NCBI GenBank assembly: GCA_050613775.1 | Contig: JBODTK010000001.1 | Coordinates: 1,736,001-1,800,000 of the forward strand | Reading direction: 5' to 3' | DNA from: Neocallimastix sp. 'constans' | Taxonomy: Eukaryota | DNA: 64,000 bases | Shown here: positions 28,380-40,494 of the stretch, piece by piece | How the letters are laid out: every line of letters starts with the position of its first letter | Numbering within the stretch: position 1 is the stretch's first letter | The notes under the pieces: generated by a model | Database searches by the model: none | What the model saw: the letters and a program-made list of their open reading frames with translations, nothing else | What the model was told of the DNA's origin: nothing | Position numbers and translations under genes: made by a program

Positions 28380-29566
28380 TTCCATCTACTTTAGGAGCCC
28401 CTGTTAAGGAATCCCATCTACTTTAAGATTTGCGCTCTTTCCCTAAGAACTTTGTTAAAGCTTGTGTATGAATTTTAATATTTTCTTAAGTATCCTTAAA
28501 TTATTTATCTATTAGTTGTATTCACCATCAGCATTGATAGAATTATCATCCTCGGAATTCATATTATTAATCTTGAAATTAAATACTCACTTCTCCTTTT
28601 TATAAAAGAAATTATCAAAATAATATTTAATTAATACAAATAAGGGAGGTCTCATATAATACTTCCTTACCACACATTTTAAATCTTTTATTTTATACAT
28701 TTCTAAGTACGTAACCGACCCACGCTAGTAGGCAGAGGCGTAAGACCTACATTGCAGCTCTTCGGTTGATAAACTGAATGAACAGCGGTGCGGAAAAGAA
28801 ATAAATAAAAGATCTAGTATTAAAAAATTTTTGAGAATTTAATTTTAATTGCTATATTCTTCTTTAAGGAAGAATTAAATAAATAATAAATCAATTTAAA
28901 AAGGTAATTGTAAAAAAAGTAAACAAATTTAAGAAGTTAATATTTGAGTATAGACAGTGTCGGCTTGCCAAATATTAATTTCATAAACTCTTATTTACTA
29001 TTTTGCAAAAATTTTGTAGATAGTAAACGCGGGTATCTTAAAGGACCCAACCTTTGAAAAATAGGTAATTACGACCTAGAACTATAAAACCTTCAACGCT
29101 TGAGGGTAACTACTGATAGTTTGTTCACTCGCGCATAAAATAAGAGGTGGGTCAGGTTCGATCCCTGATAAAACCTTTGTCGTTCTTGCGAAGTGACGTT
29201 AAAATTATATAGTTTTTATCTTTTATTTTAGACTTTTATAAATTTGTTCTCCTACTTGTTATAAGTAATAGAATTTGTTTTTTTTGTGTTGTGATTATAT
29301 TCGAGTTACTTGATTTTTATTCTTGTAAAAAAATTGATTTATTATTATTACTTTCTGATATTTAAAAAAAAAAAAATATATATATATATACATATAAAGA
29401 TGGAACAAGACAATTTTATTAATAATAATTCTGCTTTTAAAACTGGCTTTTCTGGAGACCGTCGTTTCTTTAAAGGATTTTTAGCCAAGATCGAGTTAGT
29501 TTTTATGCTATATCCTGACAGATTTGCTGATGATGAAACAAAAGTTGTATACTTGATAACCAAACT
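28380..29566 (+). mobile_element. 5' leader + gag start of a chromovirus related to the 56333-61967 element
   Basis: MEQDNFINNNSAFKTGFSGDRRFFKGFLAKIELVFMLYPDRFADDETKVVYLITKL (ATG 29400) aligns with the Gag N-terminus at 60239(-). 28380-28425 is the reverse complement of that element's 40-bp leader repeat. Confidence 0.85.
28707..29200 (+). ncRNA. Candidate structured RNA domain in retrotransposon leader (family unknown)
   Basis: TAACCGA/TCGGTTG, GTAGG/CCTAC, 14-bp GAAGTTAATATTTG/CAAATATTAATTTC, ACCTTCAA/TTGAGGGT, T-arm-like TCAGG-TTCGATC-CCTGA, long-range GACCCAC/GTGGGTC. Confidence 0.45.
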
Positions 29567-30730
29567 GGTTATCAATTTGAGTTTTGAGGTTGATTAATAT
29601 ATCATAGAATGGATCCTCCTTGTCTATAATTCTACACGTAACAAGTAGTTCTAGTTCATTAAATTTTACGGGAACTTTGATTAACACATCTTCTGAGTAA
29701 TCATCATTCATCGTTGCTAAATGTATTCGTCCTGCACTAACTCCTATAGGTTCATACTGATATGGTAATTTATCTATAAATTGCTTTGTGATAATACTTA
29801 AGTTGCTACATGAATCTATTAAAGCCTTACCACGAACTCCATCTACTATTACATCAACCATAGTAATATCATCTTCTTGTGGTTCATGATGTTTACTTTT
29901 ATATGTATGATCTATATTGTTCGTTATTATTGTAGTAGCACACATATTATCCACTGCACCTGAAATTTTAGTATTATTCTTTTCTAATTTAAGTCAGATA
30001 CTTGAGACCGTATCTTTGGAGCAACGTCCAATAATTGTCCAAATGTAATATTGCAATTACTGGAGATTAAATCTTTTATCACGTCATAACTATCACAATC
30101 AGTTTGTATTTGTATTCTTCTTGGAATTCTAGTTGGCATAATTTCAGTTGACTTTTCTGATGATTTTTTTTGAATTAATTTATTTAAAGTTTGTTTAGAA
30201 TTATTTCCTTCCTGAGAAGTTTTTTCATTAATATTAACATTACTATTTTTATTATTTTCCACAGAAGTACTAGTACCAGCTCTTTCCTTATCTCTTAGCT
30301 CTTTCTCAATCCTCTTTTCTTTCTCTATTCTGGGTTGAGCCATAATCGAAGGATGTAATTGAGTTGTTGGCTTTTTGACTGGTCGCGATATTCCCCTTAA
30401 TTGATTTTCTTTTTGTTTTCGTAAACCTGGAGTAACTATTGGCTTAGGATCATCTCTTAGACTACGGTGAACCCTCTTTCCTCTTTGGTCACTAGTCTCT
30501 TCATCTTTAGGATTTGCCTTTCTCTTTATAACGTTTACTAAGTAATCCAATTCTTTGGAACCATCCGACTCATCATCAAAATCTTCGTAATAATCCGTAG
30601 TAGTACCTTCTTGGAAATCAGCAGTTTCTTCATAATCATCATCTTCTTTTAAGTCAACTGTTTTGGAACGATGGCAGACTGAAGCAATTTTTTTGACAAT
30701 GGGAGTGCTTCTACTCCCTTTTAGTGGTTT
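29560..30730 (-). pseudogene. Gypsy pol N-terminus (spacer + aspartic protease), truncated
   Basis: -1 frame is open from the gag slippery site into ORF 29984..30550. ITFGQLLDVAPKIR motif; protease ALIDSCSNLSII...FYDILI in 29508..29954. Confidence 0.8.
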
Positions 30731-31635
30731 AAATGATTTTCATAAAACTTCCTGCGGTTATTTTCCAATATAGAATTTAATTTAGGACAGTTTCGTTTGG
30801 TATGTCCTTCATTGTTACAAAACCAGCAAGTACTAATTTTCATTTCTTTCATCTTGTTAGTGAGATTTTCTATAGATACATTTTTGTGGGTTTTTGGTTT
30901 GTTAAAATCATTTGAAATGTTCTTATTAAAATTACTTTTAGAGTTAAGAAGATTGTAATGAGTCTTATCATAATATTCAGTACTATTTTTAATAGATAAA
31001 CGATCAACTTTTTCAGCTATAGCGAACGCTTTGGTAATAGAAATATGGTCTTTAAGCATAACCTTTCTCCATGCGTCAGGATTATTGGTTAAGGAATCTG
31101 CATAATCTAAAACACTAATTTTTCTTCTCTTTTTATCCAATTTATGGTTCAAAGATCTATAACGGACATTAAAATCTTTAACTTTCTCGTTCTTCTTTAT
31201 TCTCATGGAACGTAATTCTCGTAACAAATTGGTTTGATCTTCTTTAAGTCCATAGAAAGTCTTCAGATGATTTATTATTTCATCAAGGCTTGGGTAGGTG
31301 TTAGTAGATTCACTTTCTTCATCATCTTCTCCTTCACTATCGCTATCGAAATCAGAATCTTCATCTTCAGTAAGGTCATTTCCATCTTCTAGTTCTTGGA
31401 TAATTTCTTTTGGTTCTCCAGAAGCCGTTAATATACAAGCAGTAAAAATAGTTTCAGGATCCTTGATATGTTGGTATTTTATCCATGCCTTTAACTCATT
31501 TGCCCAGGAGTTGATGTCAAGGTTTTGTTTAGTAAGCTTTTCAAAATCTTTTAATTCTTTCTTTAATTCTCGGAAGCTAAGCTTACTTTCTGGAGTACTC
31601 TCTGTTGGAGTACTGGAAGTACTGGATGTTCTCAT
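30721..31635 (-). CDS. gag: Ty3/Gypsy Gag with CCHC zinc knuckle
   Basis: LRELRSMRIKKNEKVKDFNVRY (MHR-like) and CWFCNNEGHTKRNC; ends at a UUUAAAC slippery site. Confidence 0.85.
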   Translation of the reverse strand: MRTSSTSSTPTESTPESKLSFRELKKELKDFEKLTKQNLDINSWANELKAWIKYQHIKDPETIFTACILTASGEPKEIIQELEDGNDLTEDEDSDFDSDSEGEDDEESESTNTYPSLDEIINHLKTFYGLKEDQTNLLRELRSMRIKKNEKVKDFNVRYRSLNHKLDKKRRKISVLDYADSLTNNPDAWRKVMLKDHISITKAFAIAEKVDRLSIKNSTEYYDKTHYNLLNSKSNFNKNISNDFNKPKTHKNVSIENLTNKMKEMKISTCWFCNNEGHTKRNCPKLNSILENNRRKFYENHLNH

Positions 31636-31786
31636 AAAATAAAATTTATTGTATCTATAGAATGCTAAACCTCGTAATGTATAAATTGTTATAAAAAATA
31701 AAAATAAAATAAAAAAAAATTAATTCTTTTAACTAATAAAATTATTAATTATTTATTATTATTAATCATTTATTAAATTATAATAA

Positions 31787-31939
31787 TCGTGCAATCTGAT
31801 AGTACACACTGTCTGACGTGCAGCTTACCTCTTGAAAGGTGTCATGTCATGCGTGTGCCACGGTTACTATTTTCAATATAAAAAATAGCAGTCCAGAGCC
31901 TACTAGCCCAATTACTATGTAGGATAAACTTAACCCGGA
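31787..31939 (-). ncRNA. Conserved ~150-nt structured leader motif, copy B
   Basis: Reverse complement closely matches 63542..63688 while the flanks do not align; several differences preserve pairing. Confidence 0.6.
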
Positions 31940-32091
31940 AATTTAATATTAATTAATATTTTTAACAATTAATAATAATTAGTTAAAAATATAAAAATTG
32001 TTTTTTTTAAAAAAAAAATTATTTGTTTTATTAGAAAAATTATTTATTAATATTATAATTTTATCCCCAATGAATTAATTTATTATTATAT

Positions 32092-32109
32092 TCCCCGATA
32101 TCTCCACCA
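32092..32109 (-). promoter_or_regulatory. Primer binding site, tRNA-Ala-like (TGGTGGAGATATCGGGGA)
   Basis: Complementary to a tRNA 3' end ...TCTCCACCA; identical to 62843..62860. Confidence 0.8.
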
Positions 32110-32117
32110 ATTTTTCA

Positions 32118-32926
32118 TGGTATGGTTCATATAGTTTTGGGAAATATAATAATAATTAACACAAATAATAAAATTACAATAAAATAATTTTGTTTTAAAA
32201 TCAATATTTATTTATTTAAATTTTATAAAAGAAAAATAATAATATAATTATTTATTTAATAAATATTTATTTAATAAAAAGAAAGTTATTGATTATATTT
32301 TATTTCACTAAAAATTACATGTATTTATATTTTTTTATCAAATTAAAATTTGTAAAGCCTAACTATTTTTTTAATAAACTAATTACTAATTATTTTTATA
32401 AATAAAACATTTAAATTGAAATTGAATTATTATTTTAGTTAATAATATTATTGTTATAAATAATAGTTATATATTATTGAATTATTAATTATTTAATAAT
32501 AGTTTAATATTAATATATATAAAATAAAAATAAAGAGATTGTACAGAATATTTTATTGTGGTTTAGTTAAATTTAGTAATTAAAAATAAATTTAAATTGA
32601 TAACGAAAATTTTAATAACTAATTAAATAGATTTGATTATTTTCAATATAACATATTACAAAAGAAATATAATATTAATATATTAAGTGGGCAAGGACAA
32701 TATTCTTGGCTAAAGATTTTTAATACATTATAATGGAATCGGATCGATAATTCAAAAAGGAATTATAAGTTAATTAGTGATTTATTAACTTAAGATTTCT
32801 ATTTAGTAGTAATATTTGAAGAATATTGGAAAGTTCCAATTATATAGAATAGAATAATCTATAAGGTTAGAATAATTTATATTATTCTAGCACAATTAGT
32901 ATTATTTGTTCATTCTGTATTAAAAA
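32118..32926 (-). repeat. Probable 5' LTR of the 29560-32109 element, interrupted by the LTR at 32927
   Basis: Starts TGGTATGG 8 bp from the PBS; second copy at 44212..45100. Confidence 0.6.
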
Positions 32927-35900
32927 TGTAATAATTTCTATAAATTATAGAAATTATTATCTATAATTAATATTAACTAAACTAATTAATATTAAATAAA
33001 AGATTAAAATAAAAATAAGAATTTAATACTTATCTTTAAAATAGAGTTTATTATAAGAAAATATAATAGACTTTTAACATGAAAAGAGAAATAAAATATT
33101 TTTTTTTTATAAGAACTTTATTAATCTATTTGATTATTAAATATTTTATTATTTTTTTTGATAAATTTTAAAATAATCATTTTATATTAATTGAAATTTT
33201 AATTTCTTTTTATTGTTATTATATTTTTTTTAAAATAATAACTCTTGATTTTCTAAAGACGAAAATCAACAGCTATTTATATTTTTAAAAAAATAAATGT
33301 ATTTTTCTAATCTTAATAATGATTCTTTCCAGAAAAAGATTAGAAGAAAAAACTGGAAAGACTTTTGATCAATAATCTATAATTATTGATCATCGCGTTA
33401 TTAAATAAAACCAATTATAATTAATCGGGAAAACTTTAATAACTGATTTTAATAACTAAAAGAATTAAAAAGAAAAAAGGATAAAAAAGAGAAGGATAAA
33501 ATAATGCAGAAAATTTATTAAATACATTTTTTCTATGAAATAATACAGAAGTTATATTAAATACATTTTTTCATATAACAATTAATACATTAATTGGTAT
33601 AATTGTTTTTAATGAAATAAATTTTTAAAGAATAATAATTATGAAATAATTATTAATTAATAAGAAATAGAAATAAATTATAAAAATTTATATCAATTTC
33701 TTACATTGCACCTCTTTATGATGCATCCACTAGTTCCGGATTTCTTTTTGTATAAGGCTCCAACTGGAAACATGAAATACCGGATGTAAATGTAGATTTT
33801 CTGGCAAATCCAAACGTTAATTCATTCTCTTCCTCACTTCGAAAACTCTAAACGGCCCAAGATATTGTGAAGAAAGTTTTTTGGATGGCTCATTTGTAAA
33901 ATAATATCTTTTTAGCCATACAAAATCATTTACTTTGAATGAAGGTCCTGTAGCTTTCTTCGAATCTCCAAACTTCTTAAAATTTTCTTTAGCTTTTTGT
34001 AAGTGTCTCTTCAATGCTTCGAAATGTGAGGACCAATCCCTGGTTAAAGCGGAAGCATTATCCTTTAGAAGAACAGGAGGCGACTCTATAGTGCAGGAAG
34101 GATTAAAGCCATAATTAGCAAAGAATGGTGATTTACCTATGGACTTATGCAGGGAGTTGTTATAGGCCATTTCACATAAAGGAACATAATAACACCATTC
34201 ATTTTAGGACGTTGAACAATAACATCGGAGATACTGCTCAATTACTGCATTTGCAGGATCAATTTGTCCATTGGATTGTTGATGGAGAGCTGTGGCAAGT
34301 CTTGGATTAGCGTTAATAGCAGAGCACAACGAAGTCCAAAATTCTGATGAAAATTGAGAACCATGGTCCGAAACAATTATTTTAGGGAATCCATGGTATC
34401 GAAAAACATTGAATAGAAGCATTTTAGCCGTCAGATCAGCGGAGGGAACATCAGAACAAAGGACAAGGTGAATCATTTTGGTCAGATGGTCAGCTACAAC
34501 CATTAAACATGTACAATCTTGCGAGCTGGGAAGTGAAGTGATAAAGTCAACGCCAATTATTTCCCAAGGTCTACTGGGAACCGGTATAGGTTGTATTTTA
34601 CCATATGGCTTGTGTCTTCGGAGCTTATTTCTTCCACAAATATCGCATGAGGATATGTGTAAAAGAAAATACCAAAATAGATTACAATAACAAGAACACA
34701 ATAAATTTTATTTTATTAAAAAATTTTTTATTAAAAATATATTTTATTAATATATAATATTTATTAATAGTTATTTGTTCAATAACAATTACATCGAGAA
34801 AAAATGTGAAAAGTATCTTCTATTTATACTTTTCCTAAATACATTGATAATATATTATTTTATTTAAATTACATATATTTTAATATAAAACTATCCTAAT
34901 GAATTTTATTAAATAATAAATTTATAAACTATAGCTAAATTTAGAAAAATATAATTATAAATTAAACTAAATACTAAATAATTAAAATTAAGTACATTTA
35001 TTATCTATTTATTATTTTAATATTATAAGTAAAGTCTTTATTTATTTTCGATTTAAAAACAATGTTAAAGGAGTCATGATTAAATTTTGAAATTTAATTT
35101 TCACAAAATAAATTATTAATTTATTTTGTTTTAAACTTTAATTAATTCATTTATATTATTTTACAACAATAATTTTCTCAGAATTAAATTTTATAAAAAT
35201 TATTACATTAAAAATTTATCTTGTGGCTTAAAGAATATAATTCAAAAATTTAGTTCATATGATTTATTTACTTTGCTTATTATTTTATAAATCAAAGAAT
35301 AATTTACATTTTTGAATTACACAAGAAAAATTTTTTAATTTAAAATGTGATTGGGATAATCACATCTTTACAATATGTAATTCTTGATATCTTTTTTCAT
35401 ATTTGGCCACCAATAATTTCTTCTTAATTTCTCAAAAGTTTTATCTACTCCTTGGTGACCATTAGTTGGGCCATCATGATACATTTTCAATACCTTAGCC
35501 TTGAGTGAAGAAGGGACAATTATTCGATTCTGAAAATGCAGAACCCCTTCGACGATGGTAAAAAGTGAACTTTTTACTTCATTTGACCTTGTTTTAATTT
35601 TATTGAGTGTATCCTTACAGTATGTGTCAGACTTCTGAGCTTCAATTAAGGCTTTTAAGTTGTCAGAAGGTGCACAACAAAATATCTCTTCATCTAACAG
35701 AGGATAACCTTCATTGGTCGAATCCTTGTTGACGTATTCAGGGCGTCTTGATAAAGAGTCAGGTTTACCACTCTTAATACCGGAGCGAAATGAAATCCTA
35801 TAAGTGAACTTTGAGAGAAAGAGACTCCATCTAATATGTCTTTGGTTTAATTTTTGAGGTTGCTTAAAATATAACAAATTTCTGTGATCTGTGACTACTT

Positions 35901-38900
35901 GTACTGGAAATTTAGCACCTTCTAGGTGATGGCGCCAGGTTTCAAAAGCTACGATTATTGCAAGTAATTCCTTGTCATAAATAGTATAATTGATTTCAGC
36001 AGAAGACAAGGACCTATAGTATAAAGCAACCGGATGGAGTTTATTGTCTTTGTTACTAATTTGAGATAAAACACAACCAACAGCGAAATTGCAAGCGTCC
36101 GTTTCTACAAAGAATTCTTTCTCTGGATCTGAATAAACTAGGATTTCTTCCGTCGTAAAAGCTTCTTTGAGTTTGTTGAAAGCATTGTCTGCCCTAACAT
36201 CCCAAATGAAGGAAGAGTTCTTCTTCAAAAGCCGACGGAGAGGTTCAATGATCTCGGCAAAATTATTTATAAACTTCCTATAGAAGTTACAAAGTCCTAG
36301 AAACCCTTGGAGTTCTTTAATATTTTTTGGGATAGGTCAGTCGATAACAGCTTTAACCTTATTCCTGTCCATTGAAAGACCATTTACAGACACCACAAAC
36401 CCTAAAAAAATAGTTTCTTTAACATGAAAATCACATTTTTCCAATTTCACGTAAAGGCCATTTATAATTAGAAGCGACAATATTTTACGAACATGTTGAA
36501 TGTGTTCGTCCAAACTTTTTGAATAAATTATTATATCATCCAAGTATACTTGAACAAATATGCCAATTGCATCAGATAAAACATCCTGGATGAATCTTTG
36601 AAACACCGAGGGGCATTTCTTAGGCCAAAGGGAATTACTAGGTATTCAAATTGGCCTAAAGGTGTTCTAAAAGCAGTTAAATATTCATGACCTTCTTTAA
36701 CGCGGACAAGGTTATACGCAGATCGAAGGTCCAAACGAGTGAATATTACTGCCCCCTTAAAAGATTCAATCAAGTCAACCAATCTTGGGATAGGGTAGCT
36801 ATTCCTAATTGTAATAGAATTTAATTTCCTATAGTCAACGCAGAGTCGTAAGCTTCCATCTTGTTTTTTTACAAACAGGACAGGGGCACCAGCAGGTGAT
36901 TTTGACTTCCTTATAAACCCCTTATCTAAATTTTCTTTTAAATAGTTTTTAAGAGCTTCCATTTCGACTATCGTAAGAGAGTACACAGGTCCATAATATA
37001 ATTGACCACCAGGGACTAGGTCAATTGATATATCATATTCACGATGTGGAGCAATTTGTCTGCCTCTTTCTTTTCAAATACAATTTTCAAATCTTGATAG
37101 TATATGTTGATAATTTCATCTTTATCAGTTCCATTTACTAAAGCGGCGCAAATATCTATATCAAAAAGTTCGTCACCAGATATTGAGTATGTTTCTGTTT
37201 TATCTTTTGATACATTGTTGTTTTCGTTGTTTGGCAAAATTGCAGCAGTAACATCTTTAGATTGAAAAATGAATTTATTCCCTTTTGCTGAAGGGCAGTG
37301 ATTTCTGTAGTGATTCTCTAAAAAGTAAATCTTGTTATTTTTGAAATCTACGTATGGCATATGAATGCTCAACTAATCTCTTCCAAGGATGGCTGATATT
37401 CCTTGAAGTTGTAAGATAGCTACGTAGAATTCATAGCTTTCCTTGTGGTCCATGAAGGCAAGGCCTAATTTCTTCGTTACTTGTCTTATATTCATACTTT
37501 TGTTGTTCGGTAACTGAATGTTCAATGGTGAAGACAAGGTAGATATTTGAATTCTGTTGGCGTTTACAAAGTCTCTACAGATGTAACTTCTTGCAGAACC
37601 AGAATCAATAAGGATGTTTATTTTCATTTTCTTTCCATTATTATTTAATATAAATGTAGTGGTCATTGAATTTGAGGTATTTGGTATATAGTTAGCCAAA
37701 AGGATGCTTTCTTTGTTTTGATTTTTTCTGAATTTCCTGTGTACTTTGTTGTTCTTGAATTCCTGTTTTGGATGCTCATCTCTTTTTCTTTTTTGCGACT
37801 TGTTGGTTGACTTATTTGTTTTGGCTAGGTTGTTAATATAACATTTTTTATCGATGCTGATGATTGAATTTATTGCTTCAAAAAGGGTCTTTGGTCTTTC
37901 GATTTTATCGAACTCCAGACGAACCTCCTCAAGAAGGCCTCTCCGGATAAGGTCAATAAAATCATCGTCATTCCAACCAATTCTTGACGCTAATCTTCTG
38001 AATTCAATAGTAAAGAAAGCTGCCTTTCCGAGGTGAAGCTGTTTAAGGTTCAAAAGTTCTTCAATTAAAACAAACCTTTGTTCCTTTGTATCTCCAAAAT
38101 TTTCTGGCAATAACCTCTTAAATTTCTCATAGGTGAGAGAATTAAGTGTTCCATCAGCCTTGAGAGATAATCCCCATTTTTTAGCTGGTCCATAAAGTTT
38201 GCTGATAACGAAAGCGTTTCTAAAGTCGTCACTTGGGAACGAATTGGCATGTTCATCAAAGAACAATTCACACTGTTCCGTTAGTTCGTTTAGATTAAGC
38301 TTTGTGTTGTCTTCATTGCGGGCCAACACACCGTTAGGTGAAAAAAATGTGGGAATAAATTCGGTAATTGCAGAGATTAATTTTGACGCTTCAGTTTCCT
38401 TAGTAGCTTCCATACTGATTAAATTCATTAAAATACTAAATAGACTTTTTAATATAATAGATCTTTAAAATATCTTTAATATATCTTTAAAATATCTTTA
38501 AAATATCTTTAAAATATGTATATAATTGTTAAATATAAATTATTTATATTAATAATAGAAATTTATAACTTCGGAGTCTAGAAGAACACTTCCAATATTT
38601 TAACAAAAATGAGCATTTCCGACCAATTTTCCAGAAGCCCCTGAGTTTGAGTGATAGTATGCGCTATACGACCAGCTTGTCTATTAATGGTGTCTTGTTG
38701 CCGCGCGCACCACGATTGCAATCTGTTTACCATTAAAACAGACCAGTTCAGAGCCTCCCGCACAGCTTGTCGTGAAGGGTAAACTTAATCCGGAAATCAC
38801 TCAGTTACAAGACTCAGGCTACTCTTGCTTCTAAAGTTCGTACTAATTCTCATTATATTGTTTATTTTTGGAAATAACTTCTAGAATCCTAAATTATAAA

Positions 38901-39960
38901 TTAATATTATTAAATATAAAAAATTTAATTGTTAGTATAATTTATAGTATATAATTTACATATTTATTATTATTGTTATTGTTATAATTATTTTATTTAA
39001 TAATATAATTTTACTATCTACTAGTATATACAATTTAATTTATATAATTATAATTTACTATTAAAATTTTTTTTTATATATTATTTATTTATCTGATTGG
39101 AAAAAAATAATTTTTTTTTTTTTTTTTTTTTTTTACTTTTGTACTACAATATCATAATACAATTAACTAATTATCTAGAAGAGTTATTATTGTAATAATT
39201 TCTATAAATTATAGAAATTATTATCTATAATTAATATTAACTAAACTAATTAATATTAAATAAAAGATTAAAATAAAAATAAGAATTTAATACTTATCTT
39301 TAAAATAGAGTTTATTATAAGAAAATATAATAGACTTTTAACATAAAAAGAGAAATAAAATATGTTTTTTTTTATAAGAACTTTATTAATCTATTTGATT
39401 ATTAAATATTTTATTATTTTTTTTTTTTTTGATAAATTTTAAAATAATCATTTTATATTAATTGAAATTTTAATGTCTTTTTATTGTTATTATATTTTTT
39501 TTAAAATAATAACTCTTGATTTTCTAAAGACGAAAATCAACAGCTATTTATATTTTTAAAAAAATAAATGTATTTTTCTAATCTTAACAATGATTCTTTC
39601 CAGAAAAAGATTAGAAGAAAAAACTGGAAAGATTTTTGATTAATAATCTATAATTATTGATCATCGCGTTATTAAATAAAACCAATTATAATTAATCGGA
39701 AAAACTTTAATAACTGATTTTAATAACTAAAAGAATTAAAAAGAAAAAAGGATAAAAAAGAGAAGGATAAAATAATGCAGAAAATTTATTAAATACATTT
39801 TTTCTATGAAATAATACAGAAGTTATATTAAATACATTTTTTCATATAACAATTAATACATTAATTGGTATAATTGTTTTTAATGAAATAAATTTTTAAA
39901 GAATAATAATTATGAAATAATTATTAATTAATAAGAAATAGAAATAAATTATAAAAATAT
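32927..39960 (-). mobile_element. Degenerate full-length Ty3/Gypsy (Tf1/chromovirus-like) element; 3' LTR 32927..33705, 5' LTR 39191..~39960
   Basis: Near-identical LTRs (TGTAA...TTACA). Gag+PR 37373..38428 (LIDSGS), RT 36337..36986 (YLDD), RNase H 35368..36228, integrase 33720..34657. Several frameshifts and stops; purine tract AGAGG before the 3' LTR. Confidence 0.92.
34658..35372. mobile_element. Solo LTR inserted in the integrase zinc finger
   Basis: TGTAAA...TTTACA termini, 5-bp TSD ATATG (34653-57, 35373-77). Removing it restores KNYI|SSCDIC. Confidence 0.9.
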
Positions 39961-40489
39961 AAATTATTAAGGTTTTTCCATAAAAATGGTTTTACTTAAT
40001 AATACGATAACCAATAAGTATAGATTATTGGTTGAAATCTTTCCAGGTTTTTCTGCTAATCTTTTCCTGAAAAGTATTTTGTTAAGATTAGAAATTTCTT
40101 TATTTCTTTATTTTAAAGTATAAAAAGGACTCTTGAGTTTCCTTTCGAAAATCAAGAGTTATTATTATAAGAAATTGTAATAATAATAATAATAAATATT
40201 TATAATTTTTAAATAAAATATTTAAATCTTTAATAAAAATTTTATAATAATTTTTAAAATAAAATTTATAAAAAAATATAAAATATTTTAATAATAAAAC
40301 ATTTTAATAAATTATCATAAAACATGTTTTTTATTTTCCCTTTCACACTCTGTGTTTCTAAGTTTATTATAGTTTCTTATAATAAACTCTCTCTTAAGAT
40401 AAGTATTTAAATTATTATTTTATTTTGTTCTAATTAATATTAATATTAATAGAGATAATAATTTCTATATTTTTGTAGAAATTATTACA
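39960..40489 (+). repeat. Truncated LTR of a related subfamily, inverted relative to the 39191 LTR
   Basis: Reverse complement aligns imperfectly with 39191..39720; ends AGAAATTATTACA. Confidence 0.75.
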
Positions 40490-40494
40490 CACAA

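Noticed and set aside
28707..29200. Group I intron or dicistrovirus-type IRES identity for the structured domain
   Set aside because: Could not find paired P7 (R/S) elements or the SL-IV/SL-V and pseudoknot set; only vague short resemblances.
38578..38763. Separate small gene upstream of gag
   Set aside because: No ATG start and stops in neighbouring codons; more likely a decayed Gag N-terminal or leader segment.
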